Notes under the pieces: generated by a model
What the model was told of the DNA's origin: nothing
Database searches by the model: none
Seen by the model: only the letters and a program-made list of their open reading frames with translations
Translations under genes and position numbers: made by a program
NCBI GenBank assembly: GCA_963842755.1
Contig: CAWJIC010000075.1
Coordinates: 85,180-149,179, forward strand
Length of the DNA: 64,000 nt
Reading direction: 5' to 3'
Source of the DNA: an uncultured Chloroflexia bacterium
GTDB taxonomy: Bacteria > Chloroflexota > Limnocylindria > Limnocylindrales > CSP1-4
Part shown: positions 49,608 through 60,655 of the stretch, piece by piece
How positions within the stretch are numbered: position 1 is the first letter of the stretch
Layout: each line of letters opens with the position of its first letter

Positions 49608-51666
49608 GGCCCTCGATCCACGTCCCGCGTCCGAGCCCCGCCACGAGGTGGAGACACGCCATGACGTCCGGATTCCCGTGCGCGACGGCCTGGAGCTCAG
49701 CGCGAACCTGTGGTTGCCGCTCCCCCGCCCCGAGGCCCCCGACGAGCGCTTCCCGGCGATCCTCGAGATGATCCCGTACCGCAAGGACGACTGGCGCTGG
49801 CCCGGCGACCACGCCCACGGCGCCTGGCTCGCGGCCCGGGGCTATGCCTTCTGCCGCCTCGACATCCGGGGCACCGGGAGCAGTCCCGGGATCGCCCGTG
49901 ACGAATACACGGCGGAGGAGACCTTCGACGGCTACGACGCGGTCGAGTGGCTGGCCGCCCAGCAGTGGTCCACCGGGAACGTCGGGATGTGGGGCATCAG
50001 CTACGGCGGCTTCACGGCGATCCAGGTCGCCAAGCTCCGCCCACCGCACCTCAGGGCGATCGTCCCGATGTACGCGACCGACGACCGCTACACGGACGAC
50101 GTCCACCACATCGGCGGCTGCGCCACGGTCAGCGAGCTCAGCCAGTACGCGGTGGCCATGGTCGGCTGCAACGCGCTCCCGGCCCGGCCGGCCTATCGCG
50201 GCGATGCCTGGCTCGATGAATGGCGCGACCGCCTGGAGCGCACGCCGGTCTGGCTCTTCGAGTGGGCCCGCCAGCAGCACGACGGGCCGTACTGGCGGCA
50301 GGGCTCGCTGGCGCCCGACTACGAGGCCCTCGCCATTCCGACCTTCCTCATCGCCGGCTGGATGGACGCCTACGTGAACCCGGCGCTGCGGATCCTCGAG
50401 CGCTGCGTGAACGCGCCGCGGAAGGCCCTCATCGGGAACTGGACCCACTCGTACCCGGACAGCGCGTATCCCGGGCCGAACCTCGACTGGCTGCACGAGT
50501 TGGTCCGCTTCTTCGACCGCTGGCTCAAGGGCGTCGAGAACGGCGTCGAGGACGAGCCGGCGCTCACGTTCTTCCTCCGGGAGTTCGCCCCGCCAGAGCC
50601 ATTCCCGGCGGCCTGGCCCGGAGCCTGGCGGAGCGAGCCCGGGTTTCCGCCGCCCGGCGCGGGCGAGGCGGAGCTCTGGCTGGCCGGCGGCGGACTGCCG
50701 CTCGTCGGGCGCCTGGCGGCCGCCCCGCCGACCAATCCCGGGATCGACCGGTTCCCGCACCGGGCGACGATCGGCACCCGGGCCGCCCTCTCGTGGGGCG
50801 GAGGGGGTCCGCCGAACGGCCTGTCGCGCGACCTGCGGCCGGACGACGCGCTCGTCCCGACGTACACCAGCGAGCCGCTCGAGGCGCCCCTCGACATCCT
50901 CGGCCGCCCGACGGCGATCCTCACGATCGAGGCATCGACGCCGGTCGCGACCGCGGTCGTCCGCCTGAGCGACGTCGCCCCGGACGGGACGACCTCCCAG
51001 GTGACCGCCGGGATGCTCAACCTCACCCACCGCGACTCGCACGTCGAGCCGGCACCGCTGGAGCCAGGCACCGCCTGCGAGGTCCGCGTCCCGATGCGGG
51101 CGACGGGCTACCGCTTCCTGCCGGGGCACCGGATCCGGCTCTCGGTCGCGTCGAACTACTGGCCGGTCCTGTGGCCCTCGCCGTTCCCCGGCGAGCTGGG
51201 CATCCACCTCGGCGCCTCGCGGCTGGTCCTCCCGACGATCCCGGTCGGCGAGGGTTCGCTGCCGACTCCGTCGTTCAGGACGACGCCGGCGGGCCTGCCG
51301 GACGTGGCCGCCGTGGACACCGAGGACCCGCCCGTCTGGCGGATCTTCGATGACGCCCTGGCCGGCACCGTCACGGTCACGACCTCCGGCGGCGCCGAGA
51401 CGACCCTGCCCGACGGCACCTCCCTGTACTCGTTCGAGCTCCTGGAGATGACCGCCTCCGACGCCGACCCGGCCCACGCCCGGATGCGCACCGAGGTCGT
51501 CTACCGTCTCCGCCAGGACGGCCGCGCCATCGACATCCTGGTGAACGGCCTGACGACCTCCACCGAGACCGACTTCCGGATGGAGGTCGACCTCGCCGTC
51601 GAGCTCGACGGAGCCCCCTTCTTCGCCCGCGACTGGGACGAGACGATTCCGAGGAGGCTGGTGTGA
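49606..51666 (+). CDS. CocE/NonD-family hydrolase (S15 X-Pro dipeptidyl-peptidase-like)
   Basis: Family-wide similarity, nucleophile GISYGG, C-terminal beta-sandwich domain. The annotated ATG overlaps the NUDIX ATG (CATG), so the true start may lie downstream. Confidence 0.85.
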   Translation: MALDPRPASEPRHEVETRHDVRIPVRDGLELSANLWLPLPRPEAPDERFPAILEMIPYRKDDWRWPGDHAHGAWLAARGYAFCRLDIRGTGSSPGIARDEYTAEETFDGYDAVEWLAAQQWSTGNVGMWGISYGGFTAIQVAKLRPPHLRAIVPMYATDDRYTDDVHHIGGCATVSELSQYAVAMVGCNALPARPAYRGDAWLDEWRDRLERTPVWLFEWARQQHDGPYWRQGSLAPDYEALAIPTFLIAGWMDAYVNPALRILERCVNAPRKALIGNWTHSYPDSAYPGPNLDWLHELVRFFDRWLKGVENGVEDEPALTFFLREFAPPEPFPAAWPGAWRSEPGFPPPGAGEAELWLAGGGLPLVGRLAAAPPTNPGIDRFPHRATIGTRAALSWGGGGPPNGLSRDLRPDDALVPTYTSEPLEAPLDILGRPTAILTIEASTPVATAVVRLSDVAPDGTTSQVTAGMLNLTHRDSHVEPAPLEPGTACEVRVPMRATGYRFLPGHRIRLSVASNYWPVLWPSPFPGELGIHLGASRLVLPTIPVGEGSLPTPSFRTTPAGLPDVAAVDTEDPPVWRIFDDALAGTVTVTTSGGAETTLPDGTSLYSFELLEMTASDADPAHARMRTEVVYRLRQDGRAIDILVNGLTTSTETDFRMEVDLAVELDGAPFFARDWDETIPRRLV

Positions 51667-51889
51667 GCCGCCGGATCTCCGCCCGGGCGGCCGGCTTCAC
51701 CGAGTCGGTCATCCGTGCGGTGATGCGGCCCACGCATGGATCGACAGCCGGCCGAGCGTGGCCAACCTGCTGTTTCGTCGATTCTGGACGGTGACCGAGC
51801 GTGCCGGCCCGCGATCTCATGCAGTGGGTGCATATCCCTGGCCCGGCGAGGGCGAGTCGTGCCGGTGGCGCGGTGCCGGTGGCGCCTCG

Positions 51890-53140
51890 TCACAGGCCGA
51901 AGCGCTCGAGAGCCGTCTCGGCCAGGGTCCGCCCGATCGCCAGCGAGGAGGTGGCCGCGGGTGACGGCGCGTTGCGGACGTGGAGGACGCGGCCGGAGCC
52001 CCCGAGATCGAAGTCGTCCAGCAGCGTGCCGTTCGGCGCGAGCGCCTGGGCCCGGACGCCGGACGGCCCGAACGTGAGCTGGTCCCGGCGCAGCTCCGGG
52101 ATGTACCGGACGAGCTCGCGGTGGAAGGCCGCGGTCGACCAGTCCCGCCACATCTCGGCCAGCCCGGTCCGCCAGTAGCGGGCGGCGAGGCGCAGGAACC
52201 CGCGGTAGGTGACGGTCCCGACCAGGTCCCGGATGGACACGTCCCGCCGCCGATAGCCCTCCCGGGCGAACGCGAGGACGGCGTTCGGGCCGGCCCACAC
52301 GGCGCCGTCGATCCGCTTCGTGAAGTGCACACCGAGGAACGGGAAGCTCGGATCGGGGACCGGGTAGATCAGTCCCCGGACCAGCGGCCGGGCATCCTCC
52401 GTGAGGGTGTGGTAGTCGCCCCGGAACGGGACGATCCGCGGCGACCCCGGGCCGGACTCGCCGCTCAGCGCGGCGACCCGGTCCGCCCACAGGCCGGCAC
52501 AGGCGATCAGGGAGCCCGCCCGGACCTCGCCGCCGGCCGTCGCGAGCACGAGCTCCCCGCCCGCCCGGTGGATCGCGCGGACCGCGGCCCCGGTCCGGAT
52601 CTCACCGCCCCGCGAGCGGACCTCGTCCGCGTAGGCGAGGGCGACCCGCCGGAAGTCGACGATCCCCGTGGTCGGGCTCCACAGCCCGCGGATCCCGGCG
52701 GCATGCGGCTCGAGCTCGCGGATCCGCTCCGGCCCGACGACCTCCAGCCCCGGCACCCCGTTCGCCTCGGCTCGCGCCCGGAGCGCCTCGAACCGCGGCA
52801 GCTCGTCCTCGGCCAGCGCGACCACGAGCTTCCCGGTCCGCTCGATGGGGATACCGCGCTCCGCGCAGAACGCCTCGAGCTCGCCCTTCCCCTCCCGGCA
52901 CAGCCGGGCCTTCAGCGAACCCGGCGGGTAGTACAGGCCGGCATGGACGACCCCGCTGTTGTGGCCGCTCTGGTGGGTCGCGAGCTCCACCTCCTTCTCG
53001 AGCACGACGAGGCGGAGGTCCGACCGTCGCTCAAGGAGCCGGTGGGCAGTCGCCAGGCCGACGATCCCGCCGCCGACGATCGCGACATCGAAGCGGACGT
53101 CATCAGCGAGCGCGATCGGATCCTGGCCGGCGGTCACCAT
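51890..53140 (-). CDS. lhgO: L-2-hydroxyglutarate oxidase/dehydrogenase (LhgO family FAD oxidoreductase)
   Basis: FDVAIVGGGIVGLATA dinucleotide fold and LhgO-like conserved blocks (GHNSGVVHAGLYY, VGTVTYRGF). Confidence 0.8.
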   Translation of the reverse strand: MVTAGQDPIALADDVRFDVAIVGGGIVGLATAHRLLERRSDLRLVVLEKEVELATHQSGHNSGVVHAGLYYPPGSLKARLCREGKGELEAFCAERGIPIERTGKLVVALAEDELPRFEALRARAEANGVPGLEVVGPERIRELEPHAAGIRGLWSPTTGIVDFRRVALAYADEVRSRGGEIRTGAAVRAIHRAGGELVLATAGGEVRAGSLIACAGLWADRVAALSGESGPGSPRIVPFRGDYHTLTEDARPLVRGLIYPVPDPSFPFLGVHFTKRIDGAVWAGPNAVLAFAREGYRRRDVSIRDLVGTVTYRGFLRLAARYWRTGLAEMWRDWSTAAFHRELVRYIPELRRDQLTFGPSGVRAQALAPNGTLLDDFDLGGSGRVLHVRNAPSPAATSSLAIGRTLAETALERFGL

Positions 53141-53800
53141 GCCTGCTCAGCCTCGAACAGGCCGCTGGCGATGCTGGCGGCGAGCAGCAGGACGACCCCG
53201 TAGCCGGCAAGGCTCAGGGCCGCCATCGGCCGGGCGGACATCCGGTGATGGAGGAGCGAGCCCGCCGTCCCGAGAACGAGCTGCCAGGCGAGCGACGACA
53301 GCCCCACGCCCGCGACGAAGGCGAACCGGGTCACGGGATCCGCGCCGAGGGACGGCAGCCCCCAGGATGAGCGCCGCGAAGTAGACGACCGTGCCCGGAT
53401 TGACGATCGTGATCCCGACGAACTGGAGGTATGTCCCCCGGGTGCTCGACTCGTCGAGGCGCTCCAGGTGGGGGTCGGTCGACGGGGTCCGGGCGCGACG
53501 GATCGCCAGGCTGATCCCCCGAGCGCCGATCGCGACCAGGACGGCGACGGAGATCCAGCGGAGGGGAGCCTGGATCGGCGCGATGAGCGCGGCGAGGGCC
53601 GTCCCGAACAGTGCCGCCAGCGAGGCGTAGGTCAGGTCGGCGGTCGCGGCGCCGGCGCCGACGGCCCAGCCGTACGACCGGCCGTGGCGGATCCCCGTCT
53701 CCACGATGAGGATCGCGACCGCGCCGAAGGGCACGGCGATGGCCAGGCCGGCGGCCACGCCGGCGAGGAATGCAGTGCCCAGGGTCAGGCGCCCGGGTCG
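53134..53800 (-). pseudogene. LysE/RhtB-family amino-acid exporter with one frameshift (G-run near 53337)
   Basis: N-terminal 140 aa in one frame (…VYFAALILG). C-terminal 60 aa (…DPVTRFAFVAGVGLSSLAWQLVLG…) in another. The junction is a ggggg run. Confidence 0.6.
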
Positions 53801-53804
53801 GTCG

Positions 53805-55778
53805 TCATCGGATGCCCGAGCCGAACTGGTCCAGGATCTCGGTGATCGCCCGGCGCATGGTCGCGGTCCGGTAGTCGAGGAGCGGGTGCGCCTCGAACCG
53901 GCGCTCCGCGAGCCGACCGGCGATCCGGGTGTAGAGGACCGGGTAGACGTCCCCGCTGCCGTCCGCCTCGAGCGTGATCGCGAGGGCGTCCGGCCCGCTC
54001 GCGTCGACGAACCAGGCCAGCGGGAGGATCCCCTCGTCGCGGATCCCGACGGTCGGGTCGAGCGTGACGACCCGGGCCAGGTAGGCCCGCTGGTGCCACA
54101 GCTCCGGCGCCGTCCGTGAGCTCCTCGGCGATGAGAGTCGACGAGGTCGCCGTGCGTCGATCGCCGGGTCGCGCGGTCTCCACGCCGAACCGCGTCCGGC
54201 GCGATGTGCGCGGCGAGGACCCGGGCGTTGTAGCGGGAGCCCTGGACGGCCCCGGAGTTGGCCGGGATGCCGTGCTTCTGGAGGCCCTTCGCAGCCCTGC
54301 CCGATCGTCCCGGCGAAGTAGATCCCCGGCACGCTGGCGCTCTCCCAGAACGGGGTCTGGGCCGGCAGCCGGCTCTGCCCGAACGTCGCGACGCCGAGGG
54401 CCGGGCAGGTCGCGCAGCGGCGCCACGAACCCGGTCGCCGCGATCACCTCGTCGACCTCGAAGTCCGATCGCGCCGCCGCCGTCCGAGCGGCGCGTCCGG
54501 ACGACCGAAGCCGGCTCCGCCCGGGCCCGCTCGATCCGCTCGATCGCGGCGTCGAGGATGGCCACGCCGCCGCCCAGGACGTGGTCCTCGAACGGCTGGA
54601 CGTAGCGGGCCCGGACCCCGACCAGCGAGCGCGTGTCGACCGACAGCTTGGCCGGCGACGGCGAGGCGAGCGATGATCCGGCGGGCCCACGGCAGGAGGC
54701 CCGGTGGCGAGCTCGAAGCCGGAGTTCTGCTTGCCGATGATGAAGACGCGCTTGCCGGCGTACGTCTCGGCCGGCGCGGGTGTCGGCGTAGTGGCGGGCG
54801 AGCTCCATCCCGGGCGCCGGGCGGCGTGTACGGCTCGGCGACGCCGACCGCGAGGACCAGCGGCCGGCAGCGGTACTCGCCGTCGGTGGTCTCGACGACG
54901 AACGCGGTCGCCGTCCGGGCCCGTCCTCGCGGCGCGTCGCCGTCCAGCGGCAGCCGTAGCGGACGCGCGATCCCGGCCCGCTCGGCGAACGCCGTCGAGG
55001 TTCGCCTCCATCTCCGGTCGCGACGGGAAGTAGGAGGTCCCGTCCATGAGCTCGGGCTGGAGCGCGCGGTGCTCGGGCTCCTCGGCGAGGAGGCTGTTCC
55101 AGTCGTAGCGCTCGTAGGCGCGCGACCCGCGCGGTCGGCCGGCGCGTACGGCTTCGTCCACGACAGCAGCCGCTGGAAGAACGGCCAGCGCCGGAACATC
55201 CCGCCGGGCGCCGGGTCGGCGGAGATGACCGCGTGCTCGACGCCGAGCGCGGCCGAAGCGAGTACGAGACCTGCAGACCGCCCGGGCCGCTGCCGACGAC
55301 GACGACCGGGTAGTCGCCCGGCGGGAACGGCCGCTCGCGGTCGGCCCGTCAGCTCCGCCATCGGTTCGCGTTCCGCAGGCGGCGGGCCTGGCGCCTGGAG
55401 CATCCGGTACATGACCCGCGGGTGGTCGACGAGGAACGCCTCGACGCCCGGGCCCGGCAGGACGAGGCAGCGCAGCGGGCCGAGTGGCGACGACGTCGGC
55501 GACCGGCGGCTCGCCGAGCAGGATCGAGACCTCGCCGAAGAAGTCGCCCCGCGCCGAGGGTCGCCCGCTCCTGGCCGTCGACTGATCGACCGCGGCCTCG
55601 CCGTCGAGGATCACGTAGAAGCCCGAGCCGGTCAGGCCCTGGCGGAGGACGCGCTCGCCCTCCGGGTAAGCACTGCCTCCTCGAAGGTGTGGGCGACGCC
55701 CTGCAGCTGCGGCGTCGTGAGGTCGGCGAACAGCGCGAACCCCGCGATCGTGTCGACGATCTCGTCGCGGCTCGCCAT
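53805..55778 (-). pseudogene. cNMP-binding domain plus NAD(P)/FAD-binding oxidoreductase (YpdA-like), multiple frameshifts; one fusion or two adjacent genes
   Basis: MASRDEIVDTIAGFALFADL...GSGFYVILDGEAAV...GDFFGEVSIL (cNMP domain). Then FRRWPFFQRLLSWTKPYAP, AYERYDWNSLLAEEPEH, TAFVVETTDGEYRCRPLVLAVG, GKRVFIIGKQNSGFELA and C-terminal GIYFAGTIGQG, spread over at least 4 frames or ORFs. Confidence 0.55.
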
Positions 55779-55960
55779 CGTCCGCCTGCCTCGCCTCATC
55801 GCCTGGTGCCGACCGTGCGACACGTGAGCGGCCCGTATCCGGTCGCGTTCTGCCATCGGTACGGCAGCGCGCCGCCGGACGCAACGGATCGCTCGGACGG
55901 CCGACGACGATCGCCGGACCGCGTCGCGCGGCGACTGTCCCGGAACCGCACGAGGGCGAC

Positions 55961-58900
55961 GATGACCCTGACCGCGCGACCGCCGGACCGAGCTTCTGGC
56001 CGCCGTCCGGCTGTTCGCCGGGTCGACGCCAGACGGCCTGCGCGGATCGCCGAGCGGGCGATCGAGGTCGACTTCCCGGCCGGACCACGTGATCGCCCGC
56101 CAGGGCGAGATCGGGACGGGCTTCTTCGTCATCGTCGCCGGCCGCGGTCCGGGTCGTCCGCGACGGCGAGACGTCGCCCAGCTGGGGCCGGGCGACGTTC
56201 TTCGGCGAGCTGTCCGTGCTCGACGGGCGGCCGCGCATCGCGACAGGTCGTCGCGGACGAGCCGACGACCTGCCTGGCCCTCGCCTCCTGGGAGTTCGAG
56301 ACGGTCTGCTCGAGGCCCAGCCGACGCCTGACGCTCGTCGATCCTGCGCGGCGTGGCCAGGCGCCTGCGGGCGGTGACCGAGAGCACCGCCACTGACGTC
56401 GACCGAGCGCCGACGTCGCCGGGCCCGGCGATGGCACCGGCGCGAGCGATGACCGCGGACCGCGCCGACCGGCACCGTGACCTTCCTGTTCACCGACATC
56501 GAGGGCTCGACCCGGCTCGGTCGAGAGCTCGGGCCCGAGCGCTATGGCGCCCTGCTCGAGCGCCATCGCGCGCTGCTGCGGGGCGCGTTCGCGGCCGCAC
56601 GGCGGCGTGGAGGTCGGGACCGAGGGCGACTCCTTCTTCGTCGTGTTCGAGCGCCCGTCGGTCGGCCGTGGCCGCGGCCGTCGGACGGCCAGCGAGCGCT
56701 CGCCGCCGAGCCCTGGCCGGCGGACGCGACGGATCCGGGTCCGGATGGGCCTCCACACCGGCGAGGGCATCGCTGGCCGGCCGGAACGTACGTCGGCAAC
56801 GACGTCAACCGCGCCGCCCGGATCGCGGCGCCGGCGCACGGCGGCCAGGTCCTGGTGTCCGAGACGACCCGGGCGCTCGCCGCCGACATGCTGCCGGCCG
56901 GCATCGGCGCTGCGCGACCTGGGCGAGCATCGGCTCAAGGACCTCCGACCCGAACGCCTCTTCCAGCTCGACCCTCGACGGGCTCCCCGCCGACTTCCCG
57001 CCGATCCGCTCGCTCGACGCCCGGCCGAACAACCTGCCGACCCAGCTGACCTCGTTCGTCGGTCGGGAGGCCGAGCTGGCCGAGGCCGCGCGATCTCCTG
57101 GATGGCACCCGGCTGCTGACGCTGACCGGACCGGGCGGAACGGGCAAGACCCGGCTCTCGCTCCAGCTGGCCGCCTCGGTGGCGGACCGGTTCCCGGACG
57201 GCGTCTGGTTCGTGGCCCTCGAGCCGATCCGCGAGCCCGCCCTGGTCGCGCCCACGATCGGCCGCGTCCTCGGCGTGACGGACTCGGCCAGCCGGCCCGC
57301 GCTCGAGCTGCTGACCGAGCACGTCGGCGTCCGGCAGATGCTCCTCGTGCTCGACAACTTCGAGCAGGTGATCGGCGCGGCGCCCGTCGTCGCCGAGCTG
57401 CTGCGGGCCTGCCCCAACCTGACCGCGATCGTCACGAGCCGCGCCGCCCTCCATGTCTCGGGCGAGCAGGAGTACCCGGTCCCGGGGCTGCCGACGCCGC
57501 CCGACCTGAGCCACCTGAGCAGCCTCGAGATCGCCCAACCTGCCGGCTGCCGCGCGTCGCCTCGACCCCGAGGCGCTGTCCCACTACGAGGCGGTCCGCC
57601 TGTTCATCGCCCGGGCCGTCGCGGTCCGGCCCGGCTTCCAGGTGACCAACGAGAACGCCCCGGCGGTCGCCGCGATCTGCGCCCGGCTGCACGGCATGCC
57701 CCTGGCCATCGAGCTGGCGGCCGCCCGGGTCAAGCTCCTGCCGCCCGAGGCGATCCTGCGCCGGCTGGAGCACCAGCTCGAGCTCCTCGCCGCGCGGCTC
57801 GCGCGACCTGCCCGAGCGGCAGCAGACCCTGCGCGGCGCGATCGCCTGGAGCTACGACCTGCTCGAGCGCCGGCGAGCGCCGGCTCCTCGACCGGCTGTC
57901 GGTGTTCATGGGCGGCTGCGACCTCGAGCGGCCGCGGAGCGGGTCTGCGGCCCGGCCGACGAGCTCGGCGGATCGACGTCGTTCGACGGGCTCGACGGCG
58001 CTCGCCGACCAGAGCCTCGTCCGGAGCGACGACGACGGCGGCCAGCAGCGCGCTTCAGCATGCTCGACACGATCCGCGAGTTCGCCGCGGAGACGGCTGG
58101 CAGCGCGACGGGGAATCCGCGGAGATCCGCGCGCCGCCACGGCCTGGCCTTCCTCGACCTGGCCGAGCGATGCGGCGCCCCGACTGGCCGGCGACGGAGC
58201 AGCGCGACCTGGCTCGACCGGCTCGAGCGCGATCACGACAACATCCGCGCCGCGCTCGACTGGGCGGCGGCGACGCCCGAACGCCGCCGTCGGCGATCCG
58301 GCTCGCCTTCGCGCATGTGGCGCTTCTGGCAGAAGCGCGGCCACCTCAACGAGGCGCGGCGTCCGGCTCGACGGACGATCGCGGCCAGCCCTGGTCGCAC
58401 GACGACCCGATCCTGCGCGCCCGGCTGTGCGAGGCCCTCGGCGGCGTCGCCTAGTGGCAGGCCGACACCGAAAGCGCGTCCCGCTGCTACGACGAGGCGC
58501 TGGCGATCTGGCGGTCGATCGGCGACCAGCGCGAGATCGCGAACGCGCTCTACAACGACGCCTTCCTGAAGGTCATGCCGGGCCTGTCCGGCGACGAGGC
58601 GGCCGTTCCCGGCGGTCTTGCCGAGCTCGACGAGGCACTCGCGCTCTTCCGCTCCGTCGGCGACCCGGTTGGTGCCGGAAACGTGACCTGGGCATTGGGC
58701 AGCCACCACTACTTCCGCGGCGCGCCCGAGGCGGCGCTGCCCTTCTTCCGCGAAGCGCTGGAGCAGTTCCGGCTCGCCGGGGACCGGACCATGGAGGCCT
58801 GGGCCCTCAAGATGCTGGGATCCGCCGAGCTGAAGCTGGGGCGGCTGGACGAGGCCCGGGAGGCGCTTCGCCACTCGCTCCGCCACTTCCATGAGGCGAG

Positions 58901-59219
58901 TGACACCGCCGGGATCACGCTCGTCTTCGACGATCTCTCGTCGACAGCCGTCGCTGACGGCGACCTGCCGCGAGCGGCCCGGCTGCGTGGCGCGGCACGA
59001 CAGCTCCAGACCACGACCGGGACGACGCTCGCCCGGTTCGTCGAGGAGACGATCGAGCAGGGCACGCGTCCGAGCGCCCGCCAGGCGATGGGTCCGGACG
59101 AGCTCGCCAGGCACGAGGCCGAGGGCCGGGCGATGACGCTGGACGCGGCGGTGGCCTACGCGCTCGACGTCCCGCTGTCCCAGCTCGCCGCGCGCCACGA
59201 CCCGGAGGCTGGGCAATGA
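55961..59219 (+). pseudogene. Multidomain signalling regulator: cNMP-binding domain, class III adenylate/guanylate cyclase, AAA/NB-ARC-like ATPase and C-terminal TPR region; at least 10 frameshifts
   Basis: cNMP domain ELLAAVRLFAG...FPAGDHVIRQGEIGTGFFVIVAGR...FFGELSVLDGRP. Cyclase VTFLFTDIEGSTRL...EVGTEGDSFFVVFE...RVRMGLHTGE...YVGNDVNRAARIAA...LRDLGEHRLKD. ATPase LTSFVGREAELAEA...LDNFEQV. TPR tail. Fragments are distributed over about 8 ORFs in all three frames. Confidence 0.6.
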
Positions 59220-59316
59220 CCGCGATCGAGCCGATCGAGCTGACGGCGATCACGACCGTCGGCGGGCCAGGCGGCGCGGCCTGACGCCGCGTCGTCCACC
59301 GCGCAGGGCGTCGATC

Positions 59317-60645
59317 GTGCGGCGGATCCGGGCCTACGTCGCCCGCTTCACCGGATTCGAGCGCGACGCCCGCGTCTTCCTGATCGCGGCGCTCGTCGCG
59401 GGGGCGGCGATCAGCCTCTACTGGATCGACTTCAACCTCTACCTCGCCTCGCTCGGGATCGAACCGCCGGTCATCGGGCTGATCGCGACCGGCAACGCGG
59501 TCGCCGCGGCCCTCGTCTCCTTTCCCGCGAGCGCCCTGTCTGACCGGATCGGCCGGCGGCTCGTCCTCGCCGGCGGTCTCGCCGTGATGCTCCTCTCGAT
59601 CGTCGGCTTCCTGCTGGCCAGCGGCCCGCTGGCCCTCGGCCTGCTGGCCGCCGCGTACGGGGCCGGCCAGCAGGTCTTCTTCGTCGTCCAGAACCCGTTC
59701 CTCGCCGAGCGGAGCCGCGCCGAGCACCGCAGCGAGCTGTTCGCCCTCGTCTTCGCGATCGAGAACATGACGAACATCGTGGCGGCGATCCTGGGCGGCG
59801 CGATCGCGGCGGCGGTGGCGGTTGCCGTCGGCTTCGACCCGCAGGGCCCGCAGGCCTACCGGGTCCTGCTCGTGCTCATGGGCGGCCTGATGGCCGTGGC
59901 GGTGGCGGCGATCTTCCTGGTCGGTGACGACAGACCGCGCCGGCGACCCGTCCCGGCGTCGCCTCGGGCGGCCGGCGAGCCGGCGGCCTTCCCGGTCGAG
60001 CCGTACCGGCCGAGGAGGCAGCGGCCCTTCGGCCTGCGGATCGGCGACCGGCGGACGTTCGTCCGGCTGCTCATCCCGGGCTTCCTCATCTCGCTCGGCG
60101 CCGGCCAGGTGATCCCGTTCCTCAACCTGTTCATCCAGCGCCGGTTCGGGCTCGAGCTCGCGGCGCTCAACGCGGTCTTCGCGGTCACCGCCCTGGGCAC
60201 GGTCGTGGCGATCCTCCTCCAACCGGGGCTGGCCCGGCGCCTCGGGAAGATCGCCTCGGTCGTCCTCGTCCAGGCCGCCAGCATCCCGTTCCTGGTCGTC
60301 CTCGGGTTCTCGCCGGTCCTCTGGACGGTGATCGCCGCGATGGCGGTCCGGAACTCGCTGATGAACGCCGGCAACCCGATCTTCAACGCCTTCGCCATGG
60401 AGCGGGTCGGCGCCGGCGAGCGGGCGACCCTGTCGGCCGCGATGAGCCTGATCTGGTCGCTCGGCTGGGTGATCGCCGGGCCCTGGTACAGCCTGCTCCA
60501 GGCGACCCTCGGCTTCGACCTGGGCTACTCGGTGAACTTCGTCACGATCATCGCCCTGTACTCGGTCGCGACGTTCCTGTACTGGGCCTGGTTCGGTCGC
60601 GCCGAGCGGGAGGAGCGGTCGGCGCAGGTGGGGGCGACGGGATAG
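59317..60645 (+). CDS. MFS transporter (12 TM helices), intact
   Basis: MFS signature region SDRIGRRLVLAGG. 442 aa with 12 hydrophobic segments. Confidence 0.8.
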   Translation: MRRIRAYVARFTGFERDARVFLIAALVAGAAISLYWIDFNLYLASLGIEPPVIGLIATGNAVAAALVSFPASALSDRIGRRLVLAGGLAVMLLSIVGFLLASGPLALGLLAAAYGAGQQVFFVVQNPFLAERSRAEHRSELFALVFAIENMTNIVAAILGGAIAAAVAVAVGFDPQGPQAYRVLLVLMGGLMAVAVAAIFLVGDDRPRRRPVPASPRAAGEPAAFPVEPYRPRRQRPFGLRIGDRRTFVRLLIPGFLISLGAGQVIPFLNLFIQRRFGLELAALNAVFAVTALGTVVAILLQPGLARRLGKIASVVLVQAASIPFLVVLGFSPVLWTVIAAMAVRNSLMNAGNPIFNAFAMERVGAGERATLSAAMSLIWSLGWVIAGPWYSLLQATLGFDLGYSVNFVTIIALYSVATFLYWAWFGRAEREERSAQVGATG

Positions 60646-60655
60646 ACTGGCCCCG

